The notes: generated from the letters alone by a model not told the origin. Positions 18,893-27,584 are shown, counted from the first letter of the stretch. The stretch: DNA of 32,000 nt from Candidatus Methanoperedens sp. (GCA_027460535.1 JAPZAR010000022.1:109886-141885); one strand, 5' to 3'. Numbers and translations: made by a program.

Positions 18893-19066
18893 CTCATAGC
18901 CTAATAAGCATAAAAAATATGCTTAATTTCGCAGACGGCTTGAAGATGACAAAGTGCCGACTAATGCAGAGGATGACCGTTCCAGAGAACGGTTGGGGAG
19001 TTTTAATTATTTTCAACAATATTCTTTACTCCCGTTCTCAATCTGGATTGATATCTATAAGTCAAT

Positions 19067-19354
19067 CTAAATTTTCTTTAGTTTTTCAACGCCTGCTTTC
19101 TTCACATTGGGTTTATTGATCTTTGCAGGCATCCAGGATGGTTTATTTTTAGGTGCAGAAACAAGCACTTTCCATCCTTTAAATATATGGACTTTCTTCG
19201 TTCCTCTTTCCCTCAGCCTTATTTCGGCAGGATTTGATTTTGTTCCTTTGCTGCGGTTGGCTGCTTTCAATGCTGCTTGTCGTGGCTGACTTCCTGAAAA
19301 TACTCCAGTCTCTTTACCGTTCTTTGCTCTTAAAACAAAACTTCTTGTTTCCAT
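19067..19354 (-). CDS. Chromosomal protein MC1 (non-histone archaeal chromatin protein)
   Basis: METRSFVLRAKNGKETGVFSGSQPRQAALKAANRSKGTKSNPAEIRLRERGTKKVHIFKGWKVLVSAPKNKPSWMPAKINKPNVKK is near-collinear with Methanosarcina MC1 as I remember it (..NFVLRDE.GNEHGVFTGKQPRQAALKAANRG.GTK.NPD.IRLRERGTKKVHVFKAWKE.V.APKNRP.WMPEKISKPFVKK). Alternative upstream ATGs exist at 19381 and 19402. Confidence 0.9.
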   Translation of the reverse strand: METRSFVLRAKNGKETGVFSGSQPRQAALKAANRSKGTKSNPAEIRLRERGTKKVHIFKGWKVLVSAPKNKPSWMPAKINKPNVKKAGVEKLKKI

Positions 19355-19490
19355 TATTTTCTTACTTCTTGTTTTCGCCATATTTTCATACCCTGACAAC
19401 ATTCCGTTGCCTTATCATTAATTTATTATTATAATATATAAGTTTTACTAAGATACTGTCGGCTATGCACACTGATTTGTAAATATGCTG

Positions 19491-19797
19491 CTACTGATGC
19501 TCCTGTTTTTTAGCGCCCATAACCAAAGCTTGCTCAACCCACAGCATATCCTTCATTACGAGAACTATCTTATCGCGTAGTGGATAACTCTCTATCGAGT
19601 TCTTCAGAAGCTCGCCATATTTCTGATTTTCTCTCCCCTGCCGTTGCCATTTTGAACCTGTAACTTGCCTTTTCATAGTATGGTTCAAGTTCCCTGAATA
19701 GTTCAGGGTCATCGAAGAAGTGCTTGAAATAGTAGGCACCGCTGATTTTGAATATGTTTATTCTGGGACGCTTTTCAGTTATATCGAAAGAAAGCAT
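19491..19797 (-). pseudogene. Frame-disrupted hypothetical gene
   Basis: ORFs 19570..19797 and 19491..19739 are in different frames on the same strand with a long overlap. Read jointly they give one ~100-aa product. Confidence 0.3.
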
Positions 19798-19811
19798 GAC
19801 TCACATATTAA

Positions 19812-19976
19812 TTATCGTCTAAAGGTAGTGGTTCTTTTTTCACCTTTTCTCTTACTCCGACAGTCCTTGCACCTAATTGGTTCACTGTATCCCTTCTCTT
19901 CAAAGAACAGTTGCTCACCTTCTGTGAAAATGAAATCTTTGTTACAATCTATGCAATATATTTTTTTATCTCCCAT
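19812..19976 (-). CDS. Small zinc-ribbon protein (CxxC-X~21-CxxC, zf-trcl-like)
   Basis: Below the track's size cut-off. My translation is MGDKKIYCIDCNKDFIFTEGEQLFFEEKGYSEPIRCKDCRSKRKGEKRTTTFRR*. The C..C..F.F...EQ.F....G...P.RC..CR pattern is characteristic of this small family. Confidence 0.6.
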   Translation of the reverse strand: MGDKKIYCIDCNKDFIFTEGEQLFFEEKGYSEPIRCKDCRSKRKGEKRTTTFRR

Positions 19977-20212
19977 ACTTTATCATGCTCCCAATGAAGG
20001 TTATTTCCTATAGCATCTTCAATTTTAACAAACTTAAATCTTTCATTTAGTTTCGGGAACACTTTCACATCCCTTACCTCAACCTTATCCAGTGAGCCTC
20101 CCTCCAATATCTGATGTATTTCTCCAGTTTCGGAACGACCATAAACTCCCATGTGATAGTGAACGCCATCACTCAACACGGCATCCCTGTTTTCCACACA
20201 TCCGAGATGCAT
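19949..20212 (-). CDS. Hypothetical 87-aa protein (weak ASCH/PUA-like flavour)
   Basis: ATG ORF. The segment EIHQILEGGSLDKVEVRD is faintly ASCH-like. It overlaps the N-terminus of the opposite-strand nuclease-like ORF, so one of the two N-termini, or this ORF itself, may not be real. Confidence 0.3.
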   Translation of the reverse strand: MHLGCVENRDAVLSDGVHYHMGVYGRSETGEIHQILEGGSLDKVEVRDVKVFPKLNERFKFVKIEDAIGNNLHWEHDKVWEIKKYIA

Positions 20213-20600
20213 CTCAAGCCCTTCATCTGTCGGGAAAGTGTCTGCAATCTAGCTGACATTATTGCAGTTTATAAACAATCTGAGCGGTTCTATATTGTGG
20301 GAATCGAGATCAAGGAATGGGATAAACGTGTAAATCCAAAAATAGCGATAGAATATCTGGAAATATACAGGCATTCGTGTGAATACTTCTATCTGGCAGC
20401 GAAAAATCTCTCAGAGTACCCTTGAATTGAAAGACATAGGACTTTTTGATTTGACAATGGTGAAGGTAATCAAGAATGCTGAATATTTGTTTCCTGATGT
20501 GGATTTCAGGGCGAATATGATGAACAGAATAAAGAATAACTTCAAGGTGCTGACCAATGCAGTAGATGACCCGTTTCAGAGGACGATAGGCGAGTTTTAG
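20114..20600 (+). pseudogene. PD-(D/E)xK nuclease-fold protein (MmcB/DUF1052-like), frame-broken
   Basis: LADIIAV (D) ... IVGIEIKEW (ExK) ... YRHSCEYFYLAA. The frame then ends (..KNLSEYP*) and continues in another frame (..LELKDIGLFDLTMVKVIKN...). An A5 run at 20402-20406 lies in the overlap. Confidence 0.45.
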
Positions 20601-20767
20601 ATTTTTATAACGCATGGTTGCTAAAAAAATAAGAAGTGAATGATTTGATTTTATCTTAAGACCTGACAACTATCCTCGCCCAAATCACTTGACTTCCCCT
20701 CTCCCCGTGTACTGGCTGAATTCCCACTGCTGCCTTTTGATGCCCTCAAGCGCACCTATCCGCATCC

Positions 20768-20920
20768 TCAGGCAATGCAAGCATAAGCGCGCCGATGTGC
20801 CTGTGGTTCAATTTGGGCGACCATGTATGCGATCTTGGCGGTGATGGTCGTGGTCTTGCCTGCGCCTGCGAGGATGAGTTGGGGGGCTTGGGTGTGCTTT
20901 ATGGATTTGAGCTGGCGGGT
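20768..20920 (-). pseudogene. UvrD/Rep-type helicase N-terminal relic
   Basis: Minus-strand reading QLKSIKHTQAPQLILAGAGKTTTITAKIAYMV matches the UvrD motif-Q/Walker-A region (Q..AV.HT.GP.LILAGAGSGKT..LT.RIAYL) but lacks two Walker-A codons. Stops bound it on both sides. It sits in an isolated GC-rich patch. Confidence 0.5.
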
Positions 20921-21192
20921 TTAAGGGGAGGAGGGAGTCTAATGTTATGGACACTACCGTTTTATGCATAATGGATTACTTTTCCCATGTTAATCCTTTC
21001 CTAAAGGAGTCTATCCTTTGCCTCAAGTTTCCTGGATTCAGTGGAGTCCAGAATGATGGGAGATAACTTCCTGGAGATATCCTCCTGATAACGATCATAA
21101 AGCATGGAAGCATTTTTTCGATGACCTTGGGCTTTTCAGAGAGGCCAGGAAGTGTTAGGACTGCTTTCCATTTTCTCAGATTACTACCACAG

Positions 21193-21483
21193 TTACGAAA
21201 AAAGTGAATGTAGAGTTTGAATAAAGTTCTCCACAGCAGAACTGTTGGGTATAGTCATAAAGATCAAACCCAAAGAAACCAGCACAATGATTCTTAAGAA
21301 CGCAATTACTGCGAAATTATGCCGGAAAGAGGTTTTTCTTGTTTTATGCTTGAAGATCATCATTGCAGCGATAGAACCAACTATCCCAAAAATGAACGTA
21401 GTGGCCAAAAGAGCTTTTTCAGGTATCCTGAAGAGGCCCAATTTGGCGAACAATTTATCGATGCTATAAATCAGGAAGGGCAA
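21193..21483 (-). CDS. DUF1294-family small membrane protein
   Basis: 96 aa. DK..AK...FRIPEKALL....FG.VGS.AAM.IFKHKTRK.SF matches the DUF1294 signature. Confidence 0.7.
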   Translation of the reverse strand: MPFLIYSIDKLFAKLGLFRIPEKALLATTFIFGIVGSIAAMMIFKHKTRKTSFRHNFAVIAFLRIIVLVSLGLIFMTIPNSSAVENFIQTLHSLFS

Positions 21484-21754
21484 GATCTGGAGTACTGTAA
21501 TTAAAATAATTAATTCTATAATTAAAGTTATATTAATATTCGTGTGTGATTTTCTTTATGATCTTGCTCTCCGGGATCTAAGGACAAGGCAGCAGCAGCC
21601 TCCGCAGCGATTGAGCGGCGCCGTCACCTGTTGAAGAGGATGAAGTATATGACTGTATTGAAATCGCACATCGTAAAGACTTCGCAGTCGCCATCAAACC
21701 CTGATGCTCAGGGGCAATATGCAAATCACACTCTAACAAGTGAGACAGGAATAT

Positions 21755-22264
21755 TCACCATGTATCCAAATGAACGCGATCCTCCAGATATGGTTTATCG
21801 CTTTCTTTTTTCTCAGCAGGTTTACCGATAGGAATAACAGCAAGTGGAAAGATATTTGATGGGATACCCAGGAGTTTCTGTAAATTCTTATATTGGCTCT
21901 CCAGCGGATAAGCTCCAGTCCATACTGCTCCGTAGCCCAGTGAGTGGGCAGCTAAAAGTATATTCTGTGCTGCAATGCTGCAATCTTGCTGCCAGAATAG
22001 AGGAACTTTATCTCGGGTTGGATCTCCACATACAACAATGGCAACAGCTGCATCTTTTGCCATTTGGGCATAAGGGCTTGCTTTTGGTATTTCATTAAGG
22101 ATGGATTTACTTTTTACAATTATGAAATGCCATGGTTGGGAGTTAGCTGCTGATGGTCCACTCATTGCAGCAGTAATAATTTTTCTAATGTCAACTTCCG
22201 GTATTTCTTCTTTTGTATATTTTCTTATTGATCTTCTGGTTCGCAATGCTTCTAAAACGTCCAT
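21755..22264 (-). CDS. Nitroreductase-family protein
   Basis: 169 aa. Contains LEALRTRRSIRKYTKEEIP, PSAANSQPWHFIIV and GYGAVWTG. Confidence 0.85.
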   Translation of the reverse strand: MDVLEALRTRRSIRKYTKEEIPEVDIRKIITAAMSGPSAANSQPWHFIIVKSKSILNEIPKASPYAQMAKDAAVAIVVCGDPTRDKVPLFWQQDCSIAAQNILLAAHSLGYGAVWTGAYPLESQYKNLQKLLGIPSNIFPLAVIPIGKPAEKKESDKPYLEDRVHLDTW

Positions 22265-22494
22265 TGTTCAGACCTCATTTTATTTGTGTGAATTCTCCAA
22301 ATTACACATTCAATAAATCTATCACTTATTTCGAATCCACTCAATTATATTAATTACTGGGGTACTATTAATAAGTATTTAGTCTTTCAGTAGGTCCGAT
22401 CAAGCTAGAAGTTGATGTATAACCTTTTGGATTACCCGGTAATGTTTGTTGTATTGTTGCATGATAGAAACGCTGTTCTTACTGGAGGATTGTG

Positions 22495-23289
22495 ATGATT
22501 ACTGTGAATGTTGAAAAGCTTGAAACTAACAAACCATATGAAGGAAAAGAAGCATCTTTTGACTTAAATATTTTTATGGATGGAAATACAATATCTGAGA
22601 TAAGAAACGATTTAAAGGAGCATGTGGATGAAGCCACTAAAATCAGTGCCCGCTCGTTTTTCAAAGAAGAAGTAAAGTTTTTTGGTGTTAAGACATCGAT
22701 CGTGAGGAAAATTGCAAAGAAATATTTCGAGGATATAAAATCCAAAAGTAAAAATGAGATATTCTCTCTATGTGAACAACTTTTACAAACAGATTATGGT
22801 GAAGAGGCTTTTATTGCATTTGAATGGGCATACTGGCTGCACAACGATTATGAACCAACCGACTTTAGGGTTTTTGAAACCTGGCTTATCAAATACGTAA
22901 ATAATTGGGCTAAATGCGATACTCTGTGTAATCATGCAATAGGCTCCTTTGTAGAACTATTCCCCCAATATATTGAAAATCTCAAAGCCTGGACAAAATC
23001 AAATAACCGATGGCTAAGGCGTGCCTCGGCAGTAACATTGATCTTGCCTGCCAGAAAAGGAAAATTCTTAGACGATATTTTTGAAATCGCAGACGGCTTA
23101 TTGAAAGATAAGGACGATTTAGTCCAAAAAGGATATGGTTGGATGCTTAAGGAAGCAAGCAGGAAACATCGGGAAGAAGTGTTTGAATATGTAATGAAAA
23201 ACAAAAATGAAATGCCGCGAACGGCGCTGAGATATGCTATTGAAAAAATGCCAGAAGATTTGAAACGCTTAGGGATGGAAAAAAATTGA
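22495..23289 (+). CDS. DNA alkylation repair protein (AlkD-like HEAT-repeat family)
   Basis: NRWLRRASAVTLILPARKG...LVQKGYGWMLKEASRKH...AIEKMP. GGAGGA lies 5 nt upstream of the ATG at 22495. The track uses the GTG at 22492. Confidence 0.8.
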   Translation: MITVNVEKLETNKPYEGKEASFDLNIFMDGNTISEIRNDLKEHVDEATKISARSFFKEEVKFFGVKTSIVRKIAKKYFEDIKSKSKNEIFSLCEQLLQTDYGEEAFIAFEWAYWLHNDYEPTDFRVFETWLIKYVNNWAKCDTLCNHAIGSFVELFPQYIENLKAWTKSNNRWLRRASAVTLILPARKGKFLDDIFEIADGLLKDKDDLVQKGYGWMLKEASRKHREEVFEYVMKNKNEMPRTALRYAIEKMPEDLKRLGMEKN

Positions 23290-23406
23290 TGTCTTAAAGT
23301 CACTTTTTATTATAGAACCATTAATATGAAGTATCAGAAATTTTTATAATACCATTCCTCACGAATCACAAACCCTGGTTGCCATAATTTTACTCCTATA
23401 AGTTCT

Positions 23407-24075
23407 CTAATCTTTGCTCTCATCGGCAAGCCGTTTGCGTCTTTTAATTTCCGCAACATTTGGATTATCAAGCGCAAACGATCCGGTCTTGAGCTTTCCG
23501 GCGGGTTCATAGGTCGCGATGATGACACCAGTGGTAGAAGTTTTGCTATCGATAAGCTTGAGATTGGCCGGTTGTGTTCCTTCGCCAAATAGCCTTTTTC
23601 CCTTCCCTATAGTAACCGGGAAAATCCATAACCGAAATTCGTCGATAAGATCGTGTTTAAGCAGGGTTTGAATAAGATTGCTGCTGCCGTGCACCTGGAG
23701 TTCGGGCCCTTTTTGTTCCTTGAGATTTCTGATTGCCTGCACCACGTTTCCCATTATCAGTGTAGAATTATTCCACTTCACTTCATCAAGCGTTCCGGAG
23801 ACAACATACTTCTTGATGCTGTTCAATTTGTCGGCAACCGGGTCATCTTTAATGTTTGGCCAGTGTGCCGCGAAGATTTCATACGTCTTCCTGCCCAATA
23901 ATAATTCAAACGGCTTTGCCATATATCCGCCCATGACTTGCCCCATCATGTCGTCCCAGTAATTGACCGTCCATCCGCCGTAGGTGAAACCGCCGGTCGG
24001 ATCTTCCTCCGGTCCTCCTGGTGCTTGCATAACGCCGTCAAGCGTTACAAATGTGCTTACAATGAGCTTTCTCAT
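23407..24075 (-). CDS. Dihydrofolate reductase-family protein (RibD C-terminal domain type)
   Basis: MRKLIVSTFVTLDGVMQAPGGPEEDPTGGFTYGGW...LLLGRKTYEIFAAHWP...LQVHGSSNLIQTLLKHDLIDEFRLWIFPVTIGKGKRLF. I prefer the ATG at 24075 over the GTG at 24090. Confidence 0.85.
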   Translation of the reverse strand: MRKLIVSTFVTLDGVMQAPGGPEEDPTGGFTYGGWTVNYWDDMMGQVMGGYMAKPFELLLGRKTYEIFAAHWPNIKDDPVADKLNSIKKYVVSGTLDEVKWNNSTLIMGNVVQAIRNLKEQKGPELQVHGSSNLIQTLLKHDLIDEFRLWIFPVTIGKGKRLFGEGTQPANLKLIDSKTSTTGVIIATYEPAGKLKTGSFALDNPNVAEIKRRKRLADESKD

Positions 24076-24110
24076 GTTAATTGACCCCACACGTCTTCAC
24101 GACATCTAAC

Positions 24111-24209
24111 GGCCCTTTCTCTGTTTTCTCCATATCGAATATTCACCCCCAATGAAGCAATCTCAATTATATGTTAGAATTTTTTGCTATAAATACTTGT
24201 CTGGGATTG
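24111..24209 (-). repeat. Promoter/leader module, copy A (upstream of the DHFR-family gene)
   Basis: Near-identical to 29341-29433 apart from a ~9-nt indel, a 2-nt indel and a few substitutions. On the minus strand it contains aagtaTTTATAgcaaaaa (TATA-like; plus-strand coordinates 24188-24193), about 115 nt upstream of the ATG. Confidence 0.8.
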
Positions 24210-24368
24210 GGCTCTGTCAAGTCTGCGGTTGTTAATATTATATAAATCATCATATCGTTAGTATTTGCCTTTGAAAAGAGCGCTATCCTTTCGGCTGACG
24301 AAGACGTACCCCTTGAGCCAAAACTTTTATCCAAATAAAAACTTAACATTATTGTTTGAGTGTGAGCA

Positions 24369-25565
24369 ATGGTAACCGCTGACAAACCCCGGGCAATAAT
24401 GTCTGCAAGAATGCTCTGGCTTGATTGGGTCAGAGTTCTTGCCATGGGCATGATTTTTTTGTTTCATAGTAGCAGGCCTTTCGCCCCTCCTTCATGGCAT
24501 ATTATGAACCAGACTCTTGACTTGGGGTTTACTCTGTTCGACATCTTCGTTTCTGGTTGGATCATGCCTTTATTCTTCGCGGTTTCAGGTATCGCAGTCT
24601 ACTTTTCTTTAGCAAAACGTAGTACCTCCCAATTCGTAGGCGACAGATTCATGAGACTCATGATTCCCTTCCTTTTCGTCGGCTTGCTCGTTATCCTGTC
24701 CGTAAACGTTTACTATGATGCAGTATTTCATCGCTATTTCACCGGAGATTTCCTCAGTTTTTACCTTGGGCCGTACTTCACGAAATATTTCCCCTTCGAC
24801 CTCAACTTTTCGCCCACTTATTTCGCAAACTCAAACCAGGGTATATACCTTTGGTATCTTTTCTGGCTCTTCGTCTTCTCTCTGGCCACATTTCACTTAT
24901 TCAAATGGCTCGCAGAAGAGCGAAACCGCAACAGACTCTCGAAACTATACTCTGTCTGCAACACGCGCGGGGGCATTTTACTGCTCGGGATCCCTCTGAT
25001 CATTGTGAACATAGCTGCGGTGCCCCCATACTTTATCTTTCCCAGCGGATATGGAGGCTGGAAGCTTCCCGCATACCTCGTATTATTCATTACAGCTTAT
25101 GTGATGGCTTCCAGCCCTCAATTCGAAGAGTCTATAGAGAAAAACAGGGTACCCGCGCTCTTTCTTGGGATCATCACCAGCCTCTTAGTATTTGCTTTGG
25201 CGACGATAGTTCTGTCTGATCCATCTGCGATGGAACGCTACTATGTTCCAGTTTCTATCGTGTGGGCGCTGAACGGATGGTGCTGGGTAACGGCGATACT
25301 TGGCTTCGGGCGCAAGTATCTCTCCTTCGACCACAAATACCTGAAGGTCTCAAATGAACTCGTTCTGCCGTTCTATGTTCTTCATCAGTCCGTAATTGTT
25401 GCAATCGCCTTCTATGTCATCGGCTTGGATTTGATCGTATTTGAAAAGTATTTCCTCATAGTGCTCGCATCGTTTTCTATCATAGTTGCCCTGCTCTATC
25501 CGATTAGCAGGATCAATTTGCTCAGGTTCCTGTTTGGAATGAGGATGAAGAAGCGGCCCCCATGA
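24369..25565 (+). CDS. Acyltransferase family 3 membrane protein
   Basis: 398 aa, polytopic. N-terminal LWLDWVRVLAMGMIFLFHSSRPF is typical of Acyltransf_3. The start could also be 24399 or 24411. Confidence 0.8.
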   Translation: MVTADKPRAIMSARMLWLDWVRVLAMGMIFLFHSSRPFAPPSWHIMNQTLDLGFTLFDIFVSGWIMPLFFAVSGIAVYFSLAKRSTSQFVGDRFMRLMIPFLFVGLLVILSVNVYYDAVFHRYFTGDFLSFYLGPYFTKYFPFDLNFSPTYFANSNQGIYLWYLFWLFVFSLATFHLFKWLAEERNRNRLSKLYSVCNTRGGILLLGIPLIIVNIAAVPPYFIFPSGYGGWKLPAYLVLFITAYVMASSPQFEESIEKNRVPALFLGIITSLLVFALATIVLSDPSAMERYYVPVSIVWALNGWCWVTAILGFGRKYLSFDHKYLKVSNELVLPFYVLHQSVIVAIAFYVIGLDLIVFEKYFLIVLASFSIIVALLYPISRINLLRFLFGMRMKKRPP

Positions 25566-25674
25566 GAGAAAGCACCGACTCAGGACAAATCTCAATCTGC
25601 GATTGATCCTTCGGTTAACTTCAAATTAGGATATTATAGAAGAATGAATAAGATTTACGACGAATGTAAAATTT

Positions 25675-26166
25675 ATGAAAAAATACAACAAACAAGATCA
25701 GAGATTATTGGCAACCTGGGCTGCGGACTGCGCCGAACGAGTACTTCCATTTTTTGAGAAGGCATATCCGAAAGACGACCGACCCCGCAAAGCCATCGAA
25801 GCATGCCGAACATGGGTTCGCACAGGGGTATTCAAGATGGCTGATATACGCGGAGCTTCTCTTGCAGCTCATGCCGCCGCCCGCGAAGCGAAAGAAAATA
25901 AAACGGCTTGTTTTGCCGCGCGTGCCGCAGGCCAAGCGGTGGCAACTGTACATGTTCCCCAACACGCCCTCGGCGGCGCTTACTATGCTCTTAAAGCCGT
26001 TGCGGTAGCTGACCTTGCTAATGCCGATGTTAAAATTGCCAAAGAACGCAATTGGCAATCACGGCGTCTTCCAAAAAATCTAAGGCAAGAAATTTTAAAT
26101 AAAATAATAATTCAAAAACGTGACGATGGAATTTTTATCAAAATACAAAAAGGCAAGGATTTTTAA
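25675..26166 (+). CDS. Alpha-helical protein of the Imm-5-like 'putative immunity protein' family (often mislabelled exonuclease SbcC)
   Basis: 163 aa. LATWAADCAERVLPFFEKAYPKDDRPRKAIEACRTWVRTG......AAHAAAREA...AARAAGQAVATVHVPQHALGGAYYALKAV matches my memory of that family's pattern. Confidence 0.5.
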   Translation: MKKYNKQDQRLLATWAADCAERVLPFFEKAYPKDDRPRKAIEACRTWVRTGVFKMADIRGASLAAHAAAREAKENKTACFAARAAGQAVATVHVPQHALGGAYYALKAVAVADLANADVKIAKERNWQSRRLPKNLRQEILNKIIIQKRDDGIFIKIQKGKDF

Positions 26167-26347
26167 TAATTAAGGGATTAGTACGTAAGCAGAGACTTAA
26201 GGAGTCGTATTTTGCTTAACCAATAATAAAAATTAAACGCAAAGTTAGATATTCTCGAAGAACTTATTCAATTCAGGGACTTGGCAATCTCGTTCAAAAT
26301 CAAAAAGGTTTTGAGCAGGCTTGGGCCTATCAATTGAGGTGGGAAAA

Positions 26348-26701
26348 ATGGTAATTACTCAAATAGCAACTGTAGCTGTCATGGTATCCGATGAAAACAA
26401 AGCAAAAGAATGGTATAAGAAAAAATTGAAATTCGAAGTTATGAGCGACGAACCGCACTGGATTGTGGTCGGTCCGAAAGGCTCTTCTACAGGATTGCAT
26501 CTCTGTCCTGATGCGGAACTTGAACCGGGAAACCAGGGGATTGTACTAAAAGCGGACAGCATAGAAAAGACATGCAAAGAATTGAAAGATAATGGCATTG
26601 AATTCGTGCGTGAACTCTCTCCATCAGAGTGGGATGAAAATATTAGATACGCAGTGTTCAAAGATCCGGATGGAAATGAGTTTTCGCTTATGCCAAAGTG
26701 A
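26348..26701 (+). CDS. VOC/glyoxalase-bleomycin resistance family protein
   Basis: MVITQIATVAVMVSDENKAKEWYKKKLKFEV...FKDPDGNEFSL. GAGGTG lies upstream of the ATG at 26348. Confidence 0.8.
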   Translation: MVITQIATVAVMVSDENKAKEWYKKKLKFEVMSDEPHWIVVGPKGSSTGLHLCPDAELEPGNQGIVLKADSIEKTCKELKDNGIEFVRELSPSEWDENIRYAVFKDPDGNEFSLMPK

Positions 26702-26829
26702 ATCCAATTCTATCGCAGGAGTGATGATGAAGCTTTATAAAGTCAAAACTTTCAGGACTCTATATTACAAATTGATAATTGTCAGCCTTAAATACAGCGC
26801 CATGTAATACTTCCCTGGAGGGTTACTAT

Positions 26830-27168
26830 ATGCATACAATCACAGACGATTTCATGAGGCAGATGCTCCTCAAGACGAAGAATTACTGTATCGTTATTTT
26901 GAGAGCCGGGCCGAAAAGTAAGGAACCTGGCGCAGAAAAGATCATATGGGAACATGGCAGGAGGAACTTCGCGCTCCGTGCGGATGGAGTGTTGCCGATT
27001 GTTTGCCCCGTCATTGACGGAAGCGATATAAGAGGCGTTGGCATATTCGATACCACTGTTGAAGAAACAAAAAGGATAATGGATGAAGATCCGGGAGTAA
27101 AAGCACAAATCTTTGTCTACGAACTTCATGCGTGTCGGAGCTTCCCGGGAAGTTGCTTACCGAAATGA
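26830..27168 (+). CDS. YciI-like (YCII-related) protein
   Basis: IVILRAGPKSKEPGAEKIIWEHGRRNFALRADGVLPIVCPV......GVGIFDTTVEETKRIMDEDPGVKAQIFVYELH. GGAGGG lies upstream of the ATG at 26830. Confidence 0.65.
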   Translation: MHTITDDFMRQMLLKTKNYCIVILRAGPKSKEPGAEKIIWEHGRRNFALRADGVLPIVCPVIDGSDIRGVGIFDTTVEETKRIMDEDPGVKAQIFVYELHACRSFPGSCLPK

Positions 27169-27584
27169 TACTTAAATTCATTACTCTGAATATAACAGGG
27201 ATTCATAAACTATATTCGACAATGCGCTTCAGACTATTTCTGACTGGTATGACGTTTTATTGACACCTAATTTTCTTATCAGCCCTACAGCTTTCACAAT
27301 TATAAGTTAACTCCCAATATATCTTTGAGAACTTGTGAGGCCTTTTTGACATATTCATCTGATGGTTCAGTGAGCTTTCCTTCTCCGACACATTCAGGGA
27401 CTATAAAATTCTTATAAAATTTCCCTATCTAAACTACCAAATACTTAAGCAAAATCTCTTCCAAAACGAAGAACTCTTTTCCACTCATCTCTTTCAGTGT
27501 ATTCCTCATTGTAGTATGCATTCAACAGAACCCACATTTTGAAGAACATATCGCTTCCTCAGCCTGATTCCACACGATGGATTT

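Noticed and set aside
24167-24451. A 94-aa minus-strand ORF spanning the repeat copy A and the start of the acyltransferase gene.
   Set aside because: It overlaps the promoter module and the 5' end of a supported gene and has no family resemblance. It is probably spurious.
27300-27549. Minus-strand ORF pieces MFFKMWVLLNAYYNEEYTERDEWKRVLRFGRDFA* and ..NFIVPECVGEGKLTEPSDEYVKKASQVLKDILGVNL* in different frames.
   Set aside because: This may be another broken gene, but I recognise no family and the pieces are short with several stops. There is not enough support to call a feature.
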